Source of the DNA: Bacteroidales bacterium
GTDB lineage: Bacteria > Bacteroidota > Bacteroidia > Bacteroidales > UBA932
Direction of reading: 5' to 3'
NCBI GenBank assembly: GCA_016285455.1
Contig: JAEEQS010000008.1
Location: 4,449 to 68,448, forward strand
Length of the DNA stretch: 64,000 bases
Below, piece after piece: positions 37,705 to 47,485 of this stretch. Each line of letters opens with the position of its first letter. Within the stretch, counting starts at the first letter, position 1. The position numbers were made by a program, and so were the translations under genes. The notes beneath the pieces are model-generated. The model worked only from the letters and a program-made list of their open reading frames with translations. It was not told where the DNA came from and searched no databases.

Positions 37705-38616
37705 ATGAGAGCACTTGTTTTATTATTGATGTTGACTCTGTTTGTTTCCTGCAGCAAAGAATCTTATTCAGAGGAAGAGAAAGAGTTGCAAAAACAATTT
37801 GTTAAGTTTGAGAGCAATGTTTTTGAAAAATATTGTCTAGATAATTTCGATTTGAACAACGATGGCAAAATAAGTTTGTATGAAGCTTCTTTTGTCATCA
37901 GCATTCGATTTGTTAATGAAGATGATGCGAAAGTTTCTGTTAAGGGGCTTGAATCCTTCACTAATCTTCAATCGCTTTTTCTAAAAGGGTTTATAGGGGA
38001 TTTGGATTTGTCCAAGAATGATAAATTGACTTCTTTAGAGGTTACTTCAACAGATTTGGAATATATTGATGTCTCCAAGAATACGGAGTTGACAATATTT
38101 AAATGCGGGAATAACAAAATAAAGAAATTAGATATTTCAAACAATAAAAAGTTAACTGACTTTGAGTGTGACAGAAATGAAATATCATCTCTGGACATAT
38201 CTGACTTTGAGTGTTTGTCTATGTTATCTTGTGTATATAACAAAATCAACAGTATCTCTATAAACAATTGCAAAGCCTTGGGTTTAGTTAGAATGGATAA
38301 TAATTGCATCTCTGATTTGTCCTTAACAAACTGTCCTAATCTGAACGAATTGTTTTGTTCTGGCAATAACCTGGAAAATATTGATTTGAGTTCTTTCCAT
38401 AAGTTAAAGATCTTGGCCTGCATGGATAACAGGCTAACCTCTTTAAATGTTTCGCAATGCAATCAAACATTAGTTCTTGTTGCTTGGCCACAAGAGAGTA
38501 TATTAGAAAAGCTTTATCGAAAATGGAATCAAAAGCTTTCATTCTTTACAGACTACTATTTAAATAAGACTGTGGATATTTCAGAATACGGAACAACGTT
38601 AATTAATTTGGAATAG
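37705..38616 (+). CDS. Leucine-rich-repeat lipoprotein with an N-terminal EF-hand-like loop
   Basis: It has a lipobox (LFVSCS), about eight 21-residue repeats of the LxxLxCxxNxLxxLDLSxxxx type, and a DLNNDGKISLYE loop. The gene starts 7 nt after the protease stop. Confidence 0.8.
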   Translation: MRALVLLLMLTLFVSCSKESYSEEEKELQKQFVKFESNVFEKYCLDNFDLNNDGKISLYEASFVISIRFVNEDDAKVSVKGLESFTNLQSLFLKGFIGDLDLSKNDKLTSLEVTSTDLEYIDVSKNTELTIFKCGNNKIKKLDISNNKKLTDFECDRNEISSLDISDFECLSMLSCVYNKINSISINNCKALGLVRMDNNCISDLSLTNCPNLNELFCSGNNLENIDLSSFHKLKILACMDNRLTSLNVSQCNQTLVLVAWPQESILEKLYRKWNQKLSFFTDYYLNKTVDISEYGTTLINLE

Positions 38617-38635
38617 ACGTATTAAATAAAAAAAA

Positions 38636-38672
38636 CAAATCAACCGGCTACGATTTGTAGCCGGTTGATTTG
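38636..38672. terminator. Bidirectional terminator hairpin (perfect 16 bp stem)
   Basis: CAAATCAACCGGCTAC (38636-38651) pairs with GTAGCCGGTTGATTTG (38657-38672). An A-tract lies upstream and a T-rich tract downstream, between convergent genes. Confidence 0.7.
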
Positions 38673-38693
38673 CTTTTGAGCGGCTTGCTTCTT

Positions 38694-39569
38694 TTAAAGC
38701 TGGCTGTAAGAGATGTTGTAGGTGTCTCCGTAGCGGAGATCTCCGGTCTGGAGGCCGCGCTTGAGCCATTTCTCTCTCTGGGCGCTGGTTCCGTGGGTGA
38801 AGGCGTCAGGAACGGTGTAGCCCTGGGATTTCTTCTGGAGATAGTCGTCTCCGATAACCTTGGAGCATCTTATGGCGTTGGCAATGTCCTGCTGGTCTAT
38901 AGAGCCGAACATCTTGCCCTCGTGGTATCCCCAAACGCCGGCCAGGAAGTCTGCCTGAAGTTCCAGCCTTACGCTCCACTGGTTGGCGGTTGTCTGGTCA
39001 GAAGTCTGCATCTTCTGGTGAACCTGGTTGAGTGTTCCCAGAAGGTTTTCAACGTGATGGCCTACTTCGTGCGCAATTACGTAAGCATAGGCGAATTCTC
39101 CGTCTGCCCCCAGCTGCTGCTTCATCTGGCTGAAGAAGGAGAGGTCTATGTATAGCGCCCTGTCTGCTGAACAGTAGAACGGTCCTACAGAAGCTGTTGC
39201 GCCGCCGCATCCGGTCTGAACGGAAGAGGTGAAAAGAACCATCTTTGGAGGTTCATACTCAGCGCCCACTTGCTCTCTGAAAACCTTGGTCCAAACGTCT
39301 TCTGTTGATGCCAGAATCTGCTTTGAGAACTCTGCCAGAGCTTCTTCCTCTGCTGTAGGCTGATAGTCTTGGGTAACTTGGGTGCCGCCGCCACCGGCCT
39401 GTTCCAGTATAGATCCCAAGGATCCCATATCCAGTTTGCCGCCGTTAAGCAAAAGCATAACGAGCCCGGCAATCAGTATTCCGCCGATGCCAAGGCCGGC
39501 AGCGGCTCCGCCAGACATTCCTCTGCGGTCATCCACATTGGAGCTGGTCCTTCTTCCTTGCATTTTCAT
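38694..39569 (-). CDS. ypfJ: YpfJ-family neutral zinc metallopeptidase
   Basis: It has an N-terminal RRTSSNVDDRRG, a TM segment, GPFYCSADRALYIDLSFF, the zinc motif AHEVGHHVENLLG, and GDDYLQKKSQGYTVPDAFTHGTSAQR. It is colinear with E. coli YpfJ as I recall it. Confidence 0.9.
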   Translation of the reverse strand: MKMQGRRTSSNVDDRRGMSGGAAAGLGIGGILIAGLVMLLLNGGKLDMGSLGSILEQAGGGGTQVTQDYQPTAEEEALAEFSKQILASTEDVWTKVFREQVGAEYEPPKMVLFTSSVQTGCGGATASVGPFYCSADRALYIDLSFFSQMKQQLGADGEFAYAYVIAHEVGHHVENLLGTLNQVHQKMQTSDQTTANQWSVRLELQADFLAGVWGYHEGKMFGSIDQQDIANAIRCSKVIGDDYLQKKSQGYTVPDAFTHGTSAQREKWLKRGLQTGDLRYGDTYNISYSQL

Positions 39570-39671
39570 AATTGCAGTATTATAAGTGTTATAATTATCA
39601 ACGATAGCATCTCTTGCAGGAGAATGCGCAAATACAAATATAACAAAAACGGAATTTGTTCGGAAACAAAG

Positions 39672-40211
39672 TCAGACTTTTCCCATCTTCTTCAGGAATT
39701 CCCACAGCACCACCCCGATGCAGACGGAAACGTTGAGGGAATGCTTGGTGCCGAACTGCGGAATCTCAATAGAGGCATCGCTGAGATCCACCACGCTCTG
39801 CTGAACTCCGTGAACTTCGTTGCCGAAAACCAGAGCGTACTTTTCTTCTGGAGCAGTTTTGAAATCGCTGAGCAAAACGGAATTCTCCGTCTGCTCTATG
39901 CTGATGATCTTGTAGCCCTGAGCCTTGAGAGAGGAGATTGCATCTTCCGTATTTTCAAAATATTCCCAGGCCACGGAGAACTCGGCTCCCAGGGCGGACT
40001 TGTGGATTTCCGCGGTAGGGGGAGTGGCGCTGATTCCGCAAAGAACTATTTTCTCAGCGATGAAAGCGTCGCTTGAACGAAATACCGATCCTATGTTGTG
40101 CTGGCTGCGGACATTGTCCAGTACAATTACCAGCGGCACTTTCTCAATTTTCTTGAACTCTTCCAGACCCGGTCTTCCAAGTTCACTGTTGAGCAGTTTT
40201 CTGTTAACCAT
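39672..40211 (-). CDS. SpoU/TrmH-family RNA 2-prime-O-methyltransferase
   Basis: The 179 aa product has the SPOUT motifs VLDNVRSQHNIGSVFRS, LVFGNEVHGV, and IPQFGTKHSLNVSV. Confidence 0.85.
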   Translation of the reverse strand: MVNRKLLNSELGRPGLEEFKKIEKVPLVIVLDNVRSQHNIGSVFRSSDAFIAEKIVLCGISATPPTAEIHKSALGAEFSVAWEYFENTEDAISSLKAQGYKIISIEQTENSVLLSDFKTAPEEKYALVFGNEVHGVQQSVVDLSDASIEIPQFGTKHSLNVSVCIGVVLWEFLKKMGKV

Positions 40212-40332
40212 CGCGATAAAAATATCTGTTCAAAGATAACAAGTTGTTTTGAATAAAATTGGATATTTAGAGAGGAATGAGTATATTTACAAACCTAAAA
40301 TCCAAGATTATTAATCCAAAAATTCAAGTCAT

Positions 40333-41202
40333 ATGAAAAAATTATTAGGTATTGTTCTGGCTCTTCTGATCTCAGTTCCTATGTTTTCACAGGGAAAAGA
40401 GAACTTCAAAGAAGAAGCTTTTGGAATTGAGATTTCAATGATTTATGTTCAAGGCGGCGAGTTTGTGATGGGAGGAACTTCCGAACAGGGAAAGGAAGCA
40501 GACAAGGACGAAATTATCCACAGGGTGACCGTTGGCGATTTCTACATCGGACAGTTTGAAATCACCCAGGCTCAGTGGGAGGCTGTAATGGAAACTAGCG
40601 TTGTGCAGCAGAGCAGAAAGGCAGATGCCAAGCTGACTTTGGACAAACTCAACGGGGTTGGATCCGATTATCCTATGTACTATGTATCTTGGGATGAGGC
40701 AATGGAATTCTGCCGTATCCTCAGCAAGAAGACAGGCAAGAGGTATTCTCTCCCTACAGAAGCAGAATGGGAATATGCAGCAAGAGGAGGCGTTAAGGGA
40801 GACAAGAAATTCCGCACAAAATATGCTGGAAGCAATATGCCTGAAAGAGTTGCCTGGTATGACCGTGGATCTTCTCATCCTGTAGGACAGAAAGAGGCTA
40901 ACGAACTGGACATCTATGACATGAGCGGAAATGTCTGGGAATGGTGCCTCGACTGGTATGGAGCTTACAACAAGAATGAGAATGTAAATCCGGAAGGACC
41001 TTCAATTGGAACAGAAAGAGTCCTCAGAGGAGGAAGCTGGCATAACCCTGCATCCCGCAGCCGCGTTTCTTACCGCGGACACAACTCCCCTGACCGCCGC
41101 GCAGGCTACAGAGGATTCCGCATCGTTTGCCACGATGAAGATGGCGCCGAGCCTCAAGGCAACGACGACAACGGCAACGACGATGATGACGAAGAAGAAT
41201 AG
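40333..41202 (+). CDS. Secreted formylglycine-generating-enzyme-like (SUMF1/EgtB/PvdO family) protein with polyacidic tail
   Basis: It has a signal peptide, FGE-sulfatase domain motifs (PTEAEWEYAARGG, GNVWEWCLDWY, RVLRGGSW, GFRIV), and a C-terminal NDDNGNDDDDEEE. Confidence 0.82.
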   Translation: MKKLLGIVLALLISVPMFSQGKENFKEEAFGIEISMIYVQGGEFVMGGTSEQGKEADKDEIIHRVTVGDFYIGQFEITQAQWEAVMETSVVQQSRKADAKLTLDKLNGVGSDYPMYYVSWDEAMEFCRILSKKTGKRYSLPTEAEWEYAARGGVKGDKKFRTKYAGSNMPERVAWYDRGSSHPVGQKEANELDIYDMSGNVWEWCLDWYGAYNKNENVNPEGPSIGTERVLRGGSWHNPASRSRVSYRGHNSPDRRAGYRGFRIVCHDEDGAEPQGNDDNGNDDDDEEE

Positions 41203-41227
41203 TCTTTTGTTTCTTGATAAATGAATT

Positions 41228-41257
41228 GATGCCGGACAGCCTCCGGCATCTTTTTTT
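41228..41257 (+). terminator. Rho-independent terminator
   Basis: GATGCCGGA pairs with TCCGGCATC across a 5 nt loop, followed by T7 (41251-41257). Confidence 0.75.
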
Positions 41258-41291
41258 GCACGTCATTCTCTGACTGTTGCAATATAATTCT

Positions 41292-41299
41292 TATATTTG
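41292..41299 (+). promoter_or_regulatory. Candidate -7 box TATATTTG for glyA
   Basis: It matches TAnnTTTG and lies 34 nt upstream of the ATG at 41334. Confidence 0.45.
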
Positions 41300-41333
41300 C
41301 CAATCTTATGCGATTTTAAACAGTTTATACAAT

Positions 41334-42614
41334 ATGAAACAAGATCTCGAAATATCCGAACTCATCAAAAGAGAGGAAAATCGTCAGTCCAGAGGCGTTG
41401 AGCTCATCGCTTCTGAAAACTTTGTAAGCGACCAGGTACTTGCGGCTCTGGGAAGCGTTTGCACAAACAAGTATGCCGAGGGCTATCCTGGCCACAGATA
41501 TTATGGCGGATGCCAGGAAGTTGACAAGATAGAGCAAGTAGCAATAGACCGTATCTGCCAGCTCTTTGACGCTGAATACGCAAACGTTCAGCCACACTCC
41601 GGAGCACAGGCAAATATGGCTGTTATGATGGCCTGCATCAACCCCGGAGACACCTTTATGGGCCTGAACCTGGATATGGGCGGACACCTAACCCACGGCT
41701 CCCCTGTAAACGTTTCAGGAAAGATGTACAATGCTGTAGCTTACGGACTTGACAAAGAGACCGGACTGATAGATTATGACGATATGGAGGCCAAGGCTCT
41801 GGAGCACAAGCCTAAACTGATAATCGGCGGCGCCAGCGCATATTCCAGAGAGTGGGACTGGGAGAGGATGAGAGCAATTGCAGACAAAGTTGGAGCTATA
41901 CTCTGGGTAGATATGGCCCATCCTGCAGGATTGATTGCCAAGGGTCTTTTGAAGAATCCTGTAAAGTACGCTCACATCGTAACTTCCACAACTCACAAGA
42001 CTCTCCGCGGACCTCGTGGAGGTATCATTCTGGTGGGCAAGGACTTTGAGAATCCTTGGGGACTAAAGACTCCTAAGGGAGAAATCAAGAAGATGAGTGC
42101 CATACTCAACTCTTCTGTATTCCCTGGCATCCAGGGCGGACCTCTGGAGCACTGCATCGCAGCAAAGGCTGTTGCTTTCTTCGAGGCTCTGCAGCCAGAG
42201 TTCAAGACCTATGTGGAGCAGGTTCACAAGAACGCTGTTGTAATGGCAGAAGAGTTTATGGCAAGAGGCTACAAGGTAGTCAGTGGCGGAACAGACAACC
42301 ATATGATGCTTATAGACCTGAGAACCAAGTTCCCTGAACTTACCGGAAAGGTTGTGGAAAATACTCTTGTTCAGGCAGATATCACCGTCAATAAGAATAT
42401 GGTTCCGTTCGATACACGCTCTCCGTTCCAGACCTCAGGCATAAGGGTAGGTACTCCTGCCGTTACCACCAGAGGCCTCAAGGAGAACGACATCAAGTTT
42501 GTTGTAGGCCTGATAGACAAGGTCCTCAACAACCTTACAGACGAGAAGGTTCTTGAGGATGTACGCCATCAGGTTGAGCAGCTTATGGCAGGCCGTCCTC
42601 TCAACATTTGGTAG
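41334..42614 (+). CDS. glyA: Serine hydroxymethyltransferase
   Basis: [25 protein letters not shown] and the PLP site [14 protein letters not shown] fit GlyA. I trimmed the start to the ATG at 41334; the track start is a TTG. Confidence 0.96.
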   Translation: MKQDLEISELIKREENRQSRGVELIASENFVSDQVLAALGSVCTNKYAEGYPGHRYYGGCQEVDKIEQVAIDRICQLFDAEYANVQPHSGAQANMAVMMACINPGDTFMGLNLDMGGHLTHGSPVNVSGKMYNAVAYGLDKETGLIDYDDMEAKALEHKPKLIIGGASAYSREWDWERMRAIADKVGAILWVDMAHPAGLIAKGLLKNPVKYAHIVTSTTHKTLRGPRGGIILVGKDFENPWGLKTPKGEIKKMSAILNSSVFPGIQGGPLEHCIAAKAVAFFEALQPEFKTYVEQVHKNAVVMAEEFMARGYKVVSGGTDNHMMLIDLRTKFPELTGKVVENTLVQADITVNKNMVPFDTRSPFQTSGIRVGTPAVTTRGLKENDIKFVVGLIDKVLNNLTDEKVLEDVRHQVEQLMAGRPLNIW

Positions 42615-42631
42615 AACATTTAGACGACATT

Positions 42632-44914
42632 ATGAATATTATCAAAAAGACAATCCAGCTCGCAGACGGACGTACAATTGAAATTGAGACTGGAAAACTG
42701 GCCAAGCAGGCAGATGGCTCGGCCGTAGTAAAGATGGGTGGCACAATGCTTCTTGCCACTGTTACTTGCGCCAAAGAAGCAGAAGAGGACGTGGATTTCC
42801 TCCCTCTTCAGGTAGATTACAAGGAGAAGTTTTATTCCGCAGGTCGTTTCCCTGGCGGCTTTATGAAGAGAGAAGGAAAGGCCAGCGACTATGAGATCCT
42901 GATTGCCAGACTTATAGACCGCGCGCTCAGGCCTCTGTTCCCAGAAGATTTCCACGCAGCCGTATTTGTTACCGTAAATCTTATTTCAGCAGACAAAGAC
43001 ACCCAGCCGGATGCTTTGGCAGGCCTTGCCGCAGCATCTGCCCTGGCTGTTTCAGACATACCTTTCAACGGTCCTATTTCCGAGGTCAGGGTGGCCAGAA
43101 TAGACGGCCAGTACTGCATCAATCCGGGTTTCAAAGACCTGGAAAGGGCAGACCTTGAACTTATGGTAGGAGCAACCGCCCAGAACATTATGATGGTTGA
43201 GGGCGAGATGAAGGAAGTTTCCGAAGAAGTAATGCTCGGAGCCATTATGTTTGCCCATCAGGAAATCAAGAAGCATTGCGCTGTTCTTGAGGAGCTCACC
43301 GATGCAGTTGGCAAGAGAGTAAAGAGAGAATACTGCCACGAGGTCAACGACGAGACCATCCGCGAGGCCTGTGCAAAATTCTGCTATGACCGCTGCTATC
43401 AGATAGCTAAGAGCGCTCTTCCTAAGCAGGAGAGAACCGATGCTTTCGATGCCCTGAAAGAAGAGTTTATGCAGACCATTCCTGAAGAGGAAAGGGAAGA
43501 GAAGACAGCTATGGTCAACCGCTACTATGCCGCTGTTGAGAAGAAGGCAATGAGAGACCTTATCATCAACGAAGGCCGCCGTCTGGACGGACGCGCTACC
43601 ACAGACGTGCGCCCTATCTGGTGCGAGGTTGATTATCTGCCTTGTGCTCACGGAAGCGCCATCTTCACCAGAGGCGAGACCCAGAGCCTTGCAACTGTAA
43701 CCCTTGGCACCAAGCTGGATATGAAGGAGATGGATGAAGTACTGATTGAGAGGACAGAGCCTTTTGTTCTCCACTACAACTTCCCTCCTTTTGCAACCGG
43801 AGAGGCCAGGGCCGCCAGGGCTACTTCCCGACGAGAAGTCGGCCACGGAAACCTTGCAATGAGAGCTCTCAAGCCAATGGTTCCAACCGGAGAAGAGAAT
43901 CCTTACGCCATAAGAGTTGTTTCAGACATTCTGGAAAGCAACGGCTCATCTTCAATGGCCAGCGTTTGCGCCGGCTGCCTTGCCCTTATGGATGCTGGTA
44001 TCCAGATCAAGAAGCCTGTAGCCGGAGTGGCAATGGGTCTTATTGAGCAGGACGGCAAGTTTGCCATACTTTCTGATATTCTCGGAGATGAGGATCACCT
44101 GGGAGATATGGACTTCAAGGTTGCTGGAACAAAGGACGGCATCACAGCCACCCAGATGGACATCAAGTGCGACGGCCTCTCTGAAGAGATTATGGCTAAG
44201 GCTCTTGCCCAGGCTAACCAGGCCCGTCAGCACATTATGGGAGAGATGATGAAGACACTGGATGCTCCGCGTCCAGAACTCAAGCCTTACGCTCCGCGTA
44301 TCGTCCAGATCAGAATTCCTGGGGAATTCATAGGCGCCGTTATAGGCAAGGGCGGAGAAGTTATCCAGAAGATCCAGAAGGAGACAGGCACCACCGTTAC
44401 CATCACAGAGGAGAAGCAAGACGACGGTACCAGCATCGGAGCTGTTGACATCTTTGGAACAGACAAGGAGTCTATGGACAAGGCTCTCAACTGGATCAAA
44501 GGCATCACCACCGTTCCGGAAGCCGGACAGGTTTATCACGGAAAGGTTGTCTCCATCCAGGACTTTGGAGCATTCGTTGAAATTCTTCCAGGCAAGGAAG
44601 GCCTTCTACACATCTCCGAGATGGCTTGGCAGAAGACCAACAAGGTTGAGGATGTGGTAAAGATGGGAGACGAAGTAGACGTCAAACTCCTGGAGATTGA
44701 CGAGAAGACCGGCAAGATGCGCCTTTCTATGAAGGCTCTCCTTCCAAAGCCAGAGGGCTATGTTGAGCCTGTAAGGCGTCCTCGCCCAACCGGAGACAAT
44801 AGCCGTCCAAGCAATGGACGTCCTAACGGCAACCGCAACAATAACCGTCCTAACGGAAATCGCGGAGGCAACCACTCTGACCGTCCAAGCCACGGCCACA
44901 AAGACAACGAGTAA
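42632..44914 (+). CDS. pnp: Polyribonucleotide nucleotidyltransferase (PNPase) with Arg/Asn/Gly/Pro-rich tail
   Basis: It has two RNase PH domains, a KH domain ([15 protein letters not shown]) and an S1 domain ([27 protein letters not shown]). I trimmed the start to the ATG at 42632. Confidence 0.96.
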   Translation: MNIIKKTIQLADGRTIEIETGKLAKQADGSAVVKMGGTMLLATVTCAKEAEEDVDFLPLQVDYKEKFYSAGRFPGGFMKREGKASDYEILIARLIDRALRPLFPEDFHAAVFVTVNLISADKDTQPDALAGLAAASALAVSDIPFNGPISEVRVARIDGQYCINPGFKDLERADLELMVGATAQNIMMVEGEMKEVSEEVMLGAIMFAHQEIKKHCAVLEELTDAVGKRVKREYCHEVNDETIREACAKFCYDRCYQIAKSALPKQERTDAFDALKEEFMQTIPEEEREEKTAMVNRYYAAVEKKAMRDLIINEGRRLDGRATTDVRPIWCEVDYLPCAHGSAIFTRGETQSLATVTLGTKLDMKEMDEVLIERTEPFVLHYNFPPFATGEARAARATSRREVGHGNLAMRALKPMVPTGEENPYAIRVVSDILESNGSSSMASVCAGCLALMDAGIQIKKPVAGVAMGLIEQDGKFAILSDILGDEDHLGDMDFKVAGTKDGITATQMDIKCDGLSEEIMAKALAQANQARQHIMGEMMKTLDAPRPELKPYAPRIVQIRIPGEFIGAVIGKGGEVIQKIQKETGTTVTITEEKQDDGTSIGAVDIFGTDKESMDKALNWIKGITTVPEAGQVYHGKVVSIQDFGAFVEILPGKEGLLHISEMAWQKTNKVEDVVKMGDEVDVKLLEIDEKTGKMRLSMKALLPKPEGYVEPVRRPRPTGDNSRPSNGRPNGNRNNNRPNGNRGGNHSDRPSHGHKDNE

Positions 44915-44941
44915 TTACTCAGCGTTTTTAATAAACGGCTG

Positions 44942-45721
44942 ATGTTCAACGACAAGAAATTCAACTTCTGGTTCAACATGTTCATCCTGGTGGGCATGAT
45001 AACCGCTGTTGTGATTGTCAATATCCTGAAGATAGGGGCTCAGAATGCCATTACAGTAAAGCAGATAGTTGTTGCGGTTGGTGCCATAATGGGAGTGGTC
45101 AATACCGTCCTTAGCGCCAACGGCAACATCTGGACATTCCTGTTTGGAGTTCTTGACGTGAGCATAGGGGCCTATGCCAACTACGACAGCGGCAATATGG
45201 GGCAGTTTGCCCAGCACGCCTTCTACTTCCTTCCAATGCAGTTCATCGGCTACTGGCAGTGGAGAAAGAGGGGCGCCGGCAAAAAGACGGAAGACGGAGA
45301 AACCTCCAAGGTCAAGGCCAGAAGGCTTACGGGAAGGCAGTGGGTTTATGTAGCCATTGCGATAGTTCTTGGAACGGCTCTCTGCTACGGCATCCTCTAC
45401 TGGGTAGATCTCAAGCAGCTGCAGGCTGGCAGAATCGCTGAGATAGACAAGGCCAAGCTTTTCCTAGACAGTTTTGTACTAGTGCTGAATTTTGCCGGCC
45501 AGATACTGATGTCATATGCGTATATGGACCAGTGGTATCTGTGGAACCTGGTGAACATCTTCTCGATTATGCTCTGGACCAACCGCCTGATGAGCGCCCA
45601 AAGCGATAGCTACACCATCGTGATGGTCATCAAATATTCCTTCTACCTTCTCAACTCCATAAACGGCTTGAGGATCTGGCTCCGCCTCAGCCGTCCGCAG
45701 AATCCTCTGCCAGCTGAATAA
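44942..45721 (+). CDS. pnuC: PnuC-family nicotinamide riboside (or related vitamin nucleoside) transporter
   Basis: It is a 7-TM protein with a PnuC-like W-rich motif context (PMQFIGYWQWRK, WYLWNLVN). The substrate is not assignable from sequence. Confidence 0.7.
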   Translation: MFNDKKFNFWFNMFILVGMITAVVIVNILKIGAQNAITVKQIVVAVGAIMGVVNTVLSANGNIWTFLFGVLDVSIGAYANYDSGNMGQFAQHAFYFLPMQFIGYWQWRKRGAGKKTEDGETSKVKARRLTGRQWVYVAIAIVLGTALCYGILYWVDLKQLQAGRIAEIDKAKLFLDSFVLVLNFAGQILMSYAYMDQWYLWNLVNIFSIMLWTNRLMSAQSDSYTIVMVIKYSFYLLNSINGLRIWLRLSRPQNPLPAE

Positions 45722-45735
45722 CAGAGAAAAAGAAA

Positions 45736-45763
45736 AAAGGGTTGACCCAGCGGTCAACCCTTT
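45736..45763. terminator. Bidirectional terminator between pnuC and rpsO
   Basis: AAAGGGTTGACC pairs with GGTCAACCCTTT in a perfect 12 bp stem with a 4 nt loop. Confidence 0.7.
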
Positions 45764-45785
45764 ATCATTGTAGAATCTTCCCCGC

Positions 45786-46061
45786 TTATTTACGGAGGTT
45801 GAGATCCTTGACGATTTTCCTGTATCTCTCGATGTCGACTTCCTTGAGATAGTCAAGGAAGCGGCGTCTCTTTCCTACGAGCATAAGAAGTGCACGCTGT
45901 GTGCCGTGGTCCTTCTTGTTCCTCTTCATGTGCTCGGTCAGGTGAGCGATACGGTAGGAAAATAAAGCAATCTGACTTTCAGCAGATCCAGTGTCTTTAT
46001 TAGACTTCCCGTACTTGCCAAATATCTCTTGCTTCTTGTCTGAATTTAAATAATCAGCCAT
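45786..46061 (-). CDS. rpsO: 30S ribosomal protein S15
   Basis: The 91 aa product contains GSAESQIALFSYRIAHLTEHMKRNKKDHGTQRALLMLVGKRRRFLDYL. Confidence 0.96.
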   Translation of the reverse strand: MADYLNSDKKQEIFGKYGKSNKDTGSAESQIALFSYRIAHLTEHMKRNKKDHGTQRALLMLVGKRRRFLDYLKEVDIERYRKIVKDLNLRK

Positions 46062-46176
46062 CTGCTTAAGATTTTTGTTGGTTAATAATAATTTAGCTCA
46101 GCGATACAGGACATCAAATCCTGACATCGGGGACGCAAAGATATAAAAGTTTTCTTAAAAGCAAAGCCTTCCCCGC

Positions 46177-47268
46177 CTATTGTTCAACAAAATCACTGAA
46201 CTTTAGTTTGATGGCAGCGAGCTTGGTGTCTGAGCAATCGATGGTTTTGCCGGTTTTGGTGCACTTGTAAACTTTGCTGTTTTCTCTGTCTCTAAGCGTG
46301 AAGGTAAAATCAGCAGGGTCTGTGTTTTTTACGCCCTGGCCAAAGAACAAAGCCTCTCCATAGGTATTGGATGTTGATATTTCATTCAGGCCAAAGTGAC
46401 CGCTCTCGGAGCCGGCGTTTATCATTCGTACGAGACTGAGGCGGCCGTTTTCATCTAGTCTGTTTACATACATATTGTTGCTTCCGAACTGAGGACAAGA
46501 CAAAGAATAAACGTGGTTGAGCTCAAGGCCTGTTACTGTAATCTGGAAGTTGGTGTAGAATTTAAAGGTTAGAGAAGTCTTCAGATAGACATCGGTTGCA
46601 GATACAAGAGAAAGGGAGTTGGCTACAGGATCATAAATATAATCTATTCCACCGCCAGAATATCCAGAGTTGGAGGTAAAACCGGCAGACAGAACCATAG
46701 GGGATTTATTCTCAGGCTTGGCAAAACAAGCTGGCATATAGAATAGATAGTTATGGCCGTCGGCAGGATGGGATTCATACCTGGTCCATCCGTTAACAGC
46801 GTTTATAAGATTGTTTCCGCTAACCCAAAGCGTATAAATAGCGCCCCTGTAAACATCTCTGTATGCAAATTCATCCGCATCCATAATGCCGTTTTCGTTC
46901 TTGTCTCCAAGAAACTCTGCAGGATAGTCTGCTACTAATTCGCCCTTGGCCACCAGTGCGTCTGCCAATTCTCCTACCTGGTATGACTCTTCCCAGGATG
47001 AAGTAAGGTATCTGAGTTCCAGGTCGTGGTGGCGGATAACCTTGTTGGTAGCACTTTCGTCTTCATAGATATCGTTGAACCAGAAATATAACTCGTCGTA
47101 CATATCCCAGCCCTGTTTTACGGCCTTGGTCTCCCCGCCTGGAGAAGCAATGCTGAAGTTGATTTTTACCGGACCTTTCTGTGCAGGTGCTTCCGGTGTA
47201 ATGTTCTGATCTTTTGAACAAGATGCAAAAATGGCAACTGCCGCTAAAATGTATAATGCTTTTTTCAT
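46177..47268 (-). CDS. Lipoprotein, fimbrillin-like N-terminal pattern (hypothetical)
   Basis: It has a lipobox at the trimmed start (MKKALYILAAVAIFASCSK, ATG at 47268). The N-terminal pattern NFSIASPGGETKAVKQGW resembles that of the partial lipoprotein at 63347. Confidence 0.6.
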   Translation of the reverse strand: MKKALYILAAVAIFASCSKDQNITPEAPAQKGPVKINFSIASPGGETKAVKQGWDMYDELYFWFNDIYEDESATNKVIRHHDLELRYLTSSWEESYQVGELADALVAKGELVADYPAEFLGDKNENGIMDADEFAYRDVYRGAIYTLWVSGNNLINAVNGWTRYESHPADGHNYLFYMPACFAKPENKSPMVLSAGFTSNSGYSGGGIDYIYDPVANSLSLVSATDVYLKTSLTFKFYTNFQITVTGLELNHVYSLSCPQFGSNNMYVNRLDENGRLSLVRMINAGSESGHFGLNEISTSNTYGEALFFGQGVKNTDPADFTFTLRDRENSKVYKCTKTGKTIDCSDTKLAAIKLKFSDFVEQ

Positions 47269-47287
47269 GATTCTTTCCTCCATAATT

Positions 47288-47443
47288 TTACCATTCATCT
47301 TCACTGTCTGGCACGCTGTCCCCAGAAAAAGGATCAGAAATACTGCCAGTAAGGTCATCCGTAGGAGAGCCCAGGCAAACGCTCATTTCAATTGTAACGC
47401 CGATTGTTTTTGATAGAGGCGCTAAGTAGTTTTTCTTTTTCAT
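47288..47443 (-). CDS. Small acidic ORF, 51 aa (MKKKNYLAPLSKTIGVTIEMSVCLGSPTDDLTGSISDPFSGDSVPDSEDEW)
   Basis: This is a hand translation; the ORF is below the track cutoff. The ATG at 47443 lies 43 nt downstream of a TAGTTTTG -7 box, and the stop lies 19 nt before the lipoprotein ATG. It shares YLAP...[GA]SP.D and an acidic tail ending in an aromatic residue with the ORF at 63195. Confidence 0.45.
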   Translation of the reverse strand: MKKKNYLAPLSKTIGVTIEMSVCLGSPTDDLTGSISDPFSGDSVPDSEDEW

Positions 47444-47485
47444 ACCTTAATTGAATTAAATTAGAATAATCTTCATTATGAAACA

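Noticed and set aside
41203-41333. I checked the glyA upstream spacer for a ZTP, THF or glycine riboswitch.
   Set aside because: The spacer is only ~130 nt and is occupied by a clear terminator and a -7 box. It is AT-rich and lacks the conserved GC-rich cores of those riboswitches.
44915-44941. I checked for a TPP or NAD-related riboswitch ahead of pnuC, and likewise ahead of the thiamine diphosphokinase gene at 15975.
   Set aside because: The pnp-pnuC spacer is 27 nt, and the kinase gene overlaps fmt. Neither leaves room for a riboswitch aptamer.
46094-46135. A TAGCTCAG string resembling a tRNA D-arm lies upstream of rpsO.
   Set aside because: There is no matching GAGC arm closure, no acceptor stem pairing and no GTTCRANYC T-loop, so it cannot fold into a cloverleaf.
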